From NCBI GenBank assembly GCA_031379735.1, contig JANNFK010000031.1, positions 162 through 64,161 of the forward strand: DNA of 64,000 nt. The letters run 5' to 3'. The stretch comes from Caulobacteraceae bacterium. Lineage in GTDB: Bacteria > Pseudomonadota > Alphaproteobacteria > Caulobacterales > Aquidulcibacteraceae. Below are positions 28,575 through 35,624 of this stretch, in pieces (position 1 is the stretch's first letter; each line of letters starts with the position of its first letter). The notes beneath the pieces were generated by a model. The model ran no database searches, was not told the origin of the DNA, and was given only the letters and a program-made list of their open reading frames with translations. The translations under genes were made by a program, and so were the position numbers.

Positions 28575-29821
28575 TAGCGCGTCGTCATCGTGTTTGTATG
28601 CAAGCCGCATTCTTTGCTGTCCTGATTTTCCCACCACCAGCGGCCGGCGCGCGGATCTTCGCCCGCGCGAACGGGCTTGGTGCATGGTTCGCAACCGATT
28701 GAGACATAGCCGCGCGCGTAGAGCGGGCTCATTGGAATATCGAAGCGCGCCGCGTAGCTTTGGACATCGGCCCAAGACCATTCGGCGAGCGGATTGTACT
28801 TGGCCATACCGCGCTCGACGTCGCGCTCGGCCTCCGGCAGGATCGCACGCGTCAGCGACTGCTCACGGCGCTGACCAGTGATCCAGGCATCGCGTCTATC
28901 CAGCGCTTCGTTCAACGGCGCAATCTTACGAATGCCGCAGCAGAGTTTGCGCTGAGCGACGCCGTCGTAGAAGCCATCCTTGCCGTGCGCTGAAATATAA
29001 GCCGCGGCAGCAGATGGATCGGGACGATGCACCGCGATAGTGATGTTGTAGCGCTGCTCGGTTTGGGCGATGAGCGCTACAGTTTCGTCGTGCAGGCGAC
29101 CGGTGTCGAGCGTGAAGACATCGATCGTCAGACCGAGGCGCGCAATCACGTCGGTTATAATCATGTCTTCGGCTGAGAGGCTGGAGGCGAGCGCCGGACG
29201 AGCATGACGTTGCGCGATCTCGGTCAGCGCGTGCTCGAGCAGGCGCACGCGGGCAGCGAAGTTGGCTTCGGCGCGATCGGCGCTCGTGCCAGCGACGACT
29301 GCACCTTGATAAGGTACGCTGAACGTGGAGAGAGCACGGATGGCGGTTTCGGCGCTTTGATCGGCGCGGAGTGCAAATGAATCGAAGCCGACACGCGCCA
29401 TAGCGAAGACTTGGTCAGCGGTGACAGCGCCGAGCGCGCGCAAGCGGCCCTGATAGTTGAGGCGATGGCGCAAGAGATATGCGTGCGAGTAGCCGCGGCC
29501 GTCGCCGATGCGGTGAAAATCGATCGAAATAAGCGCGGCGTTGCCGATGCGGCCATCGAGAGCGGCGATGTTGTCAGCGGGTTGAAGAAGGATAGCACCC
29601 CCTTCTTGGTTGCCGATCAACCATTCCTGCATTGAGAGATAAGCGCCGCCTTCCCATTCGGTAGCGGACGGCCCGGCCGGCGGCTTGATGACCGGCACGA
29701 TCTTCTTGCGCACATCCCCGTGGCCCGCGTTGGCAGGTTTTGCCGGGACAGGCGGCGCACGCTCGGATGCTTGACCACGAGTGCTTGCGCCTTGCGCGTC
29801 GAGTTCGAGAACCAGGCTCAT
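28574..29821 (-). CDS. cysH: DUF934-like N-terminal domain fused to APS/PAPS reductase (Fe-S type CysH)
   Basis: One 415-aa frame. Residues of about 60-170 (IDFHRIGDGRGYSHAYLLRHRLNYQGRLRALGAVTADQVFAMARVGFDSFAL) match the DUF934 pattern normally found as a separate gene after cysI. The C-terminal half is CysH, with the cysteine pairs KLCCGIRKIAPL and SIGCEPCT plus ECGLH. Confidence 0.75.
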   Translation of the reverse strand: MSLVLELDAQGASTRGQASERAPPVPAKPANAGHGDVRKKIVPVIKPPAGPSATEWEGGAYLSMQEWLIGNQEGGAILLQPADNIAALDGRIGNAALISIDFHRIGDGRGYSHAYLLRHRLNYQGRLRALGAVTADQVFAMARVGFDSFALRADQSAETAIRALSTFSVPYQGAVVAGTSADRAEANFAARVRLLEHALTEIAQRHARPALASSLSAEDMIITDVIARLGLTIDVFTLDTGRLHDETVALIAQTEQRYNITIAVHRPDPSAAAAYISAHGKDGFYDGVAQRKLCCGIRKIAPLNEALDRRDAWITGQRREQSLTRAILPEAERDVERGMAKYNPLAEWSWADVQSYAARFDIPMSPLYARGYVSIGCEPCTKPVRAGEDPRAGRWWWENQDSKECGLHTNTMTTR

Positions 29822-31467
29822 GCGGCGGCGTTTTCTTCGGCGCTGAGCGCCGTCTTGAACGCATCGACGCCGAGGCGTTCGACGGCGGCAATGAAGCTCT
29901 CGCCGGCGAAGCGCACCTCGAGATAGTGGCGCGACAGGCGATCAATGATGCCGGGTACTTCTTCTTCGCGCACGGCTTTGCCGATCAGCGCGCCGAGGCG
30001 TCCTGCGCCAGTGGCGCGGCCGCCAAGCAACACCTGGTACCAATCTTCACCCGCCTTCTCGACGCCGAGAACGCCGATGTGTCCGACGTGATGGTGCGCG
30101 CAAGCGTTGATGCAGCCCGAGACGTTGATCGCGATCGGACCGAGATCGTCTTCGATCGGCGCGAGCTTGTCAGCGATGGCGGCTGAGAGCGGAATCGATT
30201 TGGCGTTGGCGAGCGAGCAGAAGTCGCCACCCGGGCAGCAGATGATGTCCGAAGCGAGATCGATATTGGCCCGCGCAAGACCGCGCGTATCGAGTTCGCC
30301 GAAGAGCTCTTGCAAACGCGCGCGCTCAACGTGCGGGAGAACGAGGTTTTGGTGGTAGGAGACGCGAACCTCGCTGAAGCTGAAGCGGTCGGCAAGATCG
30401 GCGATGAAATCCATCTCGTCAGAAGTCGCATCCCCGGGCGCGACGCCTTTGCGCTTTAGGCTGATAGTGACTGCCGCGTAGTCGGCGTGGTGATGCGCAG
30501 TCAGGTTGCGCGTCTTCCAGGTGCGGAAGTTGGGATCGATCGATAGCGCATTCGATGGCGTGGCATTGGCCTTCAGCGGCGGGTCGACGAAATATTGCGC
30601 GACACGGTCCAGGGCGTCTTGCGTCAACGTGTTCGGGCCATTGCGCAGGTGCGCCCAATCTTCATCCACTTCGCGGGCGAAGGCCTCAGCGCCGAGCGCC
30701 TCGACCAGGATCTTGATGCGGGCTTTGAAGATGTTGTCGCGACGCCCGATCCGGTTGTAGGCGCGCAGCACCGCCTCACTGTAAGTCAGCATCTCGCTCC
30801 AGTGGAGGTCGCGCTTGATGATCGAAGCGAGGCGGGGCGTACGGCCCTGCCCGCCACCGACTTTTACAATGAGGCGCACCTCACCGGCATCGTCACGATA
30901 GAGATCAAACGCGAGATCATGAACTGGCGTCGCGGCGCGATCTTCCTTGGCGCCGTTGAACGCGACTTTGAACTTGCGCGGCAGGTGCGCGAACTCCGGA
31001 TGCAGTGTCGACCATTGGCGCATCAGCTCGCAGTACGGCCGCGGATCAACGATCTCATCGGCGGCGAGGCCGGCGAACGCGTCGGTGGTGACGTTGCGCA
31101 CGCACGAACCGCTCGTTTGGATCGCGTGCATGCTGATCTTGGCGAGCTCGGCCAGAATGTCCGGCACTTCCTCGACCTTCACCCAATTGTACTGGAGATT
31201 TTGGCGGGTGGTGAAATGGGCATAGCCGCGATCGAAGCGGCGCGCGATTGCAGCTAGTACGCGCAGCTGATCTGACGAGAGCACGCCGTACGGAATGGCG
31301 ATGCGCAACATCGGCGCATAACGCTGAATGTAGAGGCCGTTCTGGAGACGCAGCGGCTTGAACGCATCTTCGTCGAGCAAACCGGCGAGGTAACGCTGGG
31401 TCTGGTCGCGAAATTGCGCCACACGCTCTTCGACAATGAGACGATCGACCGCGTCGTAGCGATACAT
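29818..31467 (-). CDS. cysI: Sulfite reductase hemoprotein (siroheme / 4Fe-4S, nitrite-sulfite reductase family)
   Basis: ATG at 31467 (MYRYDAVDRL...) is preferred to the upstream TTG. Cluster/siroheme cysteines are CPGGDFCSLANAKS and SGCINACAHHHVGHIG. No cysJ is adjacent. Confidence 0.85.
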   Translation of the reverse strand: MYRYDAVDRLIVEERVAQFRDQTQRYLAGLLDEDAFKPLRLQNGLYIQRYAPMLRIAIPYGVLSSDQLRVLAAIARRFDRGYAHFTTRQNLQYNWVKVEEVPDILAELAKISMHAIQTSGSCVRNVTTDAFAGLAADEIVDPRPYCELMRQWSTLHPEFAHLPRKFKVAFNGAKEDRAATPVHDLAFDLYRDDAGEVRLIVKVGGGQGRTPRLASIIKRDLHWSEMLTYSEAVLRAYNRIGRRDNIFKARIKILVEALGAEAFAREVDEDWAHLRNGPNTLTQDALDRVAQYFVDPPLKANATPSNALSIDPNFRTWKTRNLTAHHHADYAAVTISLKRKGVAPGDATSDEMDFIADLADRFSFSEVRVSYHQNLVLPHVERARLQELFGELDTRGLARANIDLASDIICCPGGDFCSLANAKSIPLSAAIADKLAPIEDDLGPIAINVSGCINACAHHHVGHIGVLGVEKAGEDWYQVLLGGRATGAGRLGALIGKAVREEEVPGIIDRLSRHYLEVRFAGESFIAAVERLGVDAFKTALSAEENAAA

Positions 31468-31585
31468 AACGGATGCGCCCGCGAACTCGGGCAGAGGCCC
31501 AGCGAGCAAAGAGAGTGGGCGCCCGCGGAACAACAAGGAAGCCCGCTAGGCTAATGTGATTGTTTAGCCCGCGCAGGGGTATGGG

Positions 31586-32503
31586 TTAGGCGGTCTGATC
31601 CGCGACCGCGTCGCCTTCGATCACTTGCTCGCGAAGCCAGGTCAGAAAGGCGCTTTGCGAGGGCTCGAAGCGGCGCCCACGCGGCCAAACAAGCCAATAG
31701 GCAAAGCCCACTGGCGCATAAGTCTCATCGAGCAGCGAAACGAGATTGCCTTCTGAGAGATCACGCAACGCAAGTTGACGCTTGGCGAGCACCAAACCCT
31801 TGCCGGCAGTGGCGGCTTCGAGCGCCAAACCTGAGTGATTGAAGCGCAGCCCGCGCTCGGCGTCATCGCGCCGCTCGCCACGGGCCGCAAACCACATCGG
31901 CCAAGTTGGGCAAGATGGATCCCGTTCAGGCGCCTCATCGTGGATGAGCGGCAAATCGGCTAGATCGGCTGCAGATGTGATCGACCTGCCCAGCAGCAGC
32001 TTCGGACTCGCGACGACCACCACGGACTCAGACATCAGTCGCTCGCAATGGAGCCCCTCATAGCCACCGGGGCCGTAGCGCACGGCGAGATCAATGTCGG
32101 TGGTCGCGAAATCAATGAGGCCCATGTCAGCCGACATGCGGACTTCCACATCGGGATAGCGCTCTTGGAATCGACTGAGACGTGGGATCAGCCATTTCGA
32201 GGCAAAGGACGGCGCTGTCGAAATCGAAATGCGCCGCCCACGCAAGCTCGCGCGCATGGCGCGGCCGGCTTGCAGCATCTCAGCCAGCGCGCCGCTGGCG
32301 TGCGCAAACGCCGCTTGGCCGGCTTCGGTGAGTTCGACACCTCGGCCGAGGCGGCGAAAGAGCGGCTGGCCAGCAAATTCTTCGAGAACGCGGATGTGTT
32401 GGCTGACGGCCCCTGCCGTAATGCCCAATTCATCGGCAGCACGCGCAAAGCTGCCGGAGCGTGCGGCGGCTTCGAACACGCGCACGCTCAAGAAGGGCGG
32501 CAT
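31586..32503 (-). CDS. LysR-family transcriptional regulator (GcvA-like)
   Basis: Internal ATG at 32503 gives MPPFLSVRVFEAAARSGSFARAADELGITAGAVSQHIRVLE (LTTR HTH). The C-terminal domain is the substrate-binding type. Confidence 0.8.
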   Translation of the reverse strand: MPPFLSVRVFEAAARSGSFARAADELGITAGAVSQHIRVLEEFAGQPLFRRLGRGVELTEAGQAAFAHASGALAEMLQAGRAMRASLRGRRISISTAPSFASKWLIPRLSRFQERYPDVEVRMSADMGLIDFATTDIDLAVRYGPGGYEGLHCERLMSESVVVVASPKLLLGRSITSAADLADLPLIHDEAPERDPSCPTWPMWFAARGERRDDAERGLRFNHSGLALEAATAGKGLVLAKRQLALRDLSEGNLVSLLDETYAPVGFAYWLVWPRGRRFEPSQSAFLTWLREQVIEGDAVADQTA

Positions 32504-32592
32504 GACATCTTTCAGCTCCACGGCCCTTGCGCTTCTCCCTCGCGTTTCCTTGAGAATGGGGACGACGGCCGGATTTTCCAAACCCGCCACCC

Positions 32593-33753
32593 TCACCGCG
32601 CCTTAGCTAGGGCTCGCGTGAGCGCTTGTTCAAGGTCGGCAATGAGGTCTTCGGCGTTTTCCAGGCCGACAGAGACACGTAAGAGATTGTCGCCAATGCC
32701 AGCCGCCTTGCGTGCTTCCAGGCTCATTGAGGCGTGAGTCATGGTCGCGGGGTGCGCGATCAGGCTCTCGATGCCGCCAAGCGACTCCGCCAACGAGAAG
32801 TGCTCAAGCGAGCGAGTGAGCGTCCGCACATCGGCCCCAGCCGCGAGTTCGAAGCTCAGCATGGCGCCGAAACCCGTTTGCTGGCGCTGCGCCAGTTCGT
32901 GATCTGGGTGGGCCTCGAGGCCGGGATAGTGGACTGCGGCAACGGCCGGCGACTCACTCAAGCGTTGCGCCACGAGAGCTGCGGTCTGCTGTTGCTGGGC
33001 CAGGCGCACGTGCAGTGTGCGCAGGCCGCGCAAGGTGAGCCAAGCATCGAACGGCGCGCCGGTAACGCCGCAGCAATTCGCCCACCAACGAAGCTCCTCG
33101 ACGTCGGTCTGCGCCGCAGCAACCACAGCACCGCCGACAACGTCGGAGTGGCCGTTGAGATATTTGGTCGTGGAATGGACGACGAAGTCGGCGCCAAGCG
33201 TAATCGGCTTTTGCAAAACCGGTGACAGGAAGGTGTTATCGACGGCCACGCGCGCGCCAACGGCTTTGGCGCGTTTCGCGAGTGCGGCGATATCAGCAAT
33301 GCGCATCAGCGGATTGCTGGGGGTTTCGATCCAGAGCAGCGCCGGCTTCTCTTCGAGCGCATCGCCTACCGCGTCGGCATCGCGCAAATTGACATACTTG
33401 ATGCGGATCTGCCCCTTGCGGGCGCGAGCCTCGAACAGGCGCCACGAACCACCGTAGCAATCGTGGGTCGCCACGATCAATGCGCCCGCCGGCAGCAGCG
33501 AGAGCACGAGATCGATAGCGGACATACCGGAGCTGGTGATGACTGCGCCTGCGCCCTGCTCAAGTTTCGCGATCGCATCGGCGAGTGTGGAGCGGGTTGG
33601 GTTGCCCGAACGCGTGTAGTCATACGCACGCTTCTTGTCGAAGTCGGCAAAGCTGTAATTGGCCGAGAGATAGAGCGGCGGAATTACTGCGCCGTGGGCG
33701 GCGTCATCATCGATGCCGGCGCGGCAGGAAATAGTTTCGTCACGATCAGCCAT
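32593..33753 (-). CDS. metB: Cystathionine gamma-synthase type Cys/Met-metabolism PLP enzyme
   Basis: ATG at 33753. The PLP-lysine context STTKYLNGHSDVVGGAVV closely matches the MetB pattern. It overlaps the end of metX by 8 nt. Confidence 0.7.
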   Translation of the reverse strand: MADRDETISCRAGIDDDAAHGAVIPPLYLSANYSFADFDKKRAYDYTRSGNPTRSTLADAIAKLEQGAGAVITSSGMSAIDLVLSLLPAGALIVATHDCYGGSWRLFEARARKGQIRIKYVNLRDADAVGDALEEKPALLWIETPSNPLMRIADIAALAKRAKAVGARVAVDNTFLSPVLQKPITLGADFVVHSTTKYLNGHSDVVGGAVVAAAQTDVEELRWWANCCGVTGAPFDAWLTLRGLRTLHVRLAQQQQTAALVAQRLSESPAVAAVHYPGLEAHPDHELAQRQQTGFGAMLSFELAAGADVRTLTRSLEHFSLAESLGGIESLIAHPATMTHASMSLEARKAAGIGDNLLRVSVGLENAEDLIADLEQALTRALAKAR

Positions 33754-34717
33754 CGATCGGCTCCTCAAGGCATGCACGGATACTGACCGCAACGCGGCCT
33801 GGTTCTTTCAAAAAGGCGTCGTGGCCATAGAGCGAGCCAAAGACGTCCAGTCGTTTCAGGTTCGGGAGTGCGCTACCGAGTTCACGGATGATCTCAGCCG
33901 GGACCAGCGCGTCGTCTGTGCAAGCGACGAGCGTGGTGCGCGTCGGGATGCTAGATGGATTCACGCCGCAGCGGTCGATGGCTTCGCTGAGCGAGAGCCA
34001 ACGGCGCGGCGGCATGTGAAGCGGGTACGCCTGCCCCCGGCTTTCGAGATAGCGGTCCACTTCTCCGCGGCCATCGGCATCGACTCCGGCGCCAAAGCGC
34101 TCTTCGAACTCGGCGCTGGTCCGATAGGTGATCATGCCAAGTTGGCGCGCAAGCGCGAGGCCAGTGGCGGCGTCATCATGCGAAAGACCGAACTCGACGA
34201 TGCGCCGCTGCACGCCACGAAGCGCCAAGGATTGAGCCGCTTGCCGGTGCGCGGCGGAAATAACGCAGAGCCTGGCAATCCGCTCGGGCGTCTCGGCTGC
34301 GAATGCGAGGCCGACCAGGCCACCGAACGACGCGCCAACGAAGGCATGGAGCGTTTGCACGCCCAGTGCATCGAGTCCGATAGCGACGAGACGCGCCTGA
34401 TCGAGCGGCGTGATGCGCACGCGCTGATCCGCGCCGGGCGAAAAGTCGAAGCCGATGACGCCGAAATGGTCGAGATCGATCGCGGCGTTGTCGATGATTG
34501 TTTCGCGCCACCAGCCGGCGTCGCTGCACACGTCGCGGCCGCTGGAAATGCCGCCGAGCGCCACGATCTGGGGGCCGCGCGCATTGCCGAAGCGGCGCAG
34601 ATAGATGTGCGTGTCGGCGAGCGTATCGCCGCTCTCAAACTGAAACACAGCGGGGATCGGGGTCGCGAAGTCGGCGAACTGAGCCGGCGGCGGCGCGAAT
34701 TTAGCGAGCGCGCTCAT
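33746..34717 (-). CDS. metX: Homoserine O-acyltransferase (MetX family alpha/beta hydrolase)
   Basis: 323 aa. Nucleophile elbow GASFGG. The pattern HAFVGASFGGLVGLAFAAETPERI and the C-terminal GHDAFL are MetX-like. Acyl donor specificity (acetyl or succinyl) cannot be read from the sequence. Confidence 0.7.
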   Translation of the reverse strand: MSALAKFAPPPAQFADFATPIPAVFQFESGDTLADTHIYLRRFGNARGPQIVALGGISSGRDVCSDAGWWRETIIDNAAIDLDHFGVIGFDFSPGADQRVRITPLDQARLVAIGLDALGVQTLHAFVGASFGGLVGLAFAAETPERIARLCVISAAHRQAAQSLALRGVQRRIVEFGLSHDDAATGLALARQLGMITYRTSAEFEERFGAGVDADGRGEVDRYLESRGQAYPLHMPPRRWLSLSEAIDRCGVNPSSIPTRTTLVACTDDALVPAEIIRELGSALPNLKRLDVFGSLYGHDAFLKEPGRVAVSIRACLEEPIDG

Positions 34718-35046
34718 GCGCGTGCCGCCGTGAAGCGCTTGGCAAAAACGATGTGCTCGACGTCGCCCCGATCTGCGAGACCGTCGTCAAGAAGACCCGC
34801 CACCAGCGCCCGGGCCGCCTCGGCGGATGCGCGCTCCAGACGACATCGCACGCTGAAACCTTCGTCGCGCCGCGTGAGTTGCAGGGCGTGAATGTTGGCG
34901 CCCACGGCAGCGATGCGTTCGGAAATGACCGTCCAAGCGGTCCAATCTGGGATTGAGAAACTGAGATCGTGCTGAAATTCGAACCCGGCGAGTTCGCCTA
35001 ATCCGCGATCTTCACTGGCCCTGACGGGGCTCTCACAAACGTCCAT
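34714..35046 (-). CDS. Small hypothetical protein (110 aa), first gene of the met operon
   Basis: ATG at 35046 has GGAG 7 nt upstream. Its stop overlaps the metX start (ATGA). Codon third positions look coding. I recognise no family. The segment IHALQLTRRDEGFSVRCRLERASAEAARALVAGLL is loosely ACT-like. Confidence 0.55.
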   Translation of the reverse strand: MDVCESPVRASEDRGLGELAGFEFQHDLSFSIPDWTAWTVISERIAAVGANIHALQLTRRDEGFSVRCRLERASAEAARALVAGLLDDGLADRGDVEHIVFAKRFTAARA

Positions 35047-35127
35047 AGCGATGCTCCGGCGCACAGTTGCGACGCCGAAAATGCTTGAGGCTTGCGGGCA
35101 GAGGGCCGTGCGAGAACCGCACTTGAC

Positions 35128-35185
35128 CTTCGCTTTAGCTGTATTTTTAACGCGCCCGCAAGCTGATCACTCAAATCGGCGCAAG
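35128..35185 (-). promoter_or_regulatory. Candidate SAM-II (metA-type) riboswitch in the leader of the small-ORF / metX / metB operon
   Basis: The minus-strand RNA reads GCGCCGAUUUGAGUGAUCAGCUUGCGGGCGCGUUAAAAAUACAGCUAAAGCGAAGG. It carries the elements I associate with SAM-II (CGAUUU, GCUUGC, an A-rich tract, AGCUAAAGC). A P1 stem GCGCC/GGCGC is possible. AAGC in the 3' tail can pair with GCUU in the loop to form a pseudoknot. This is recognition from memory and has not been scored with a covariance model. Confidence 0.5.
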
Positions 35186-35385
35186 GTTCGATTAGCGCAT
35201 CACGTTGCATTTGTCATCATGCAAACGCGCTTACCTCTTCTTCACGCGATCACGCGCGCGAGAGTTTAGTTGTACTGAAGTGTGTGCCGCAAAAAGTGGC
35301 ACGCATCAGAAATCTCACACGCTTTTCGATTTTTGCATTGCGGACTGATCAGAAGTCTGTCCTATTTTGTGCAGGAGCTAACTTC

Positions 35386-35538
35386 GTGTCGATGAACAAG
35401 CGCAGCGCTGCACGGACAGTCGCGACTTCGGTCGCGGTTGACGCGCGCGCGCTTAACGTCGTCCTAGTAAGCGTACTCCTTATCAGCGGCCTGGTGCTTA
35501 TTCTTAGCTCCAGAGCGGAGTGGCTGTACGCGACCTGA
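35386..35538 (+). CDS. Val/Leu/Ile-rich leader ORF (about 48-50 codons) upstream of the ilv-leu operon; alternatively a small membrane protein
   Basis: AGGAG at 35373-35377 is followed by GTG 35386 and ATG 35392. At 35452-35505, 14 of 18 codons encode V/L/I (LNVVLVSVLLISGLVLIL). Eight of those 14 end in A or T (CTT, CTA, GTA, GTA, CTT, CTT, ATT, CTT), which is unusual in a genome whose genes strongly prefer G/C-ending codons. The stop is 28 nt before an intrinsic terminator. Confidence 0.5.
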   Translation: MSMNKRSAARTVATSVAVDARALNVVLVSVLLISGLVLILSSRAEWLYAT

Positions 35539-35563
35539 CCTAAACAAACAGGATCGCCCGCAT

Positions 35564-35593
35564 CACCCCGCTCCGAAAGGCGCGGGGTTTTTT
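35564..35593 (+). terminator. Intrinsic terminator / attenuator directly upstream of ilvD
   Basis: Stem CCCCGC(U)CC-GAAA-GG(C)GCGGGG (35566-35587) followed by T6 (35588-35593). The upstream segment GAGCGGAGUG (35513-35522, inside the last leader codons) is complementary in 9 of 10 positions to CACCCCGCUC (35564-35573), which is the left arm of the terminator. That makes it a candidate antiterminator. Confidence 0.7.
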
Positions 35594-35624
35594 GTTGCGC
35601 GCGGTCCACTCAACCGGACCCCTT

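Noticed and set aside
35284-35385. Longer version (84 aa) of the leader ORF starting at 35284
   Set aside because: No SD precedes it and the translated part is not protein-like. The AGGAG at 35373-35377 fits the GTG/ATG at 35386/35392 instead.
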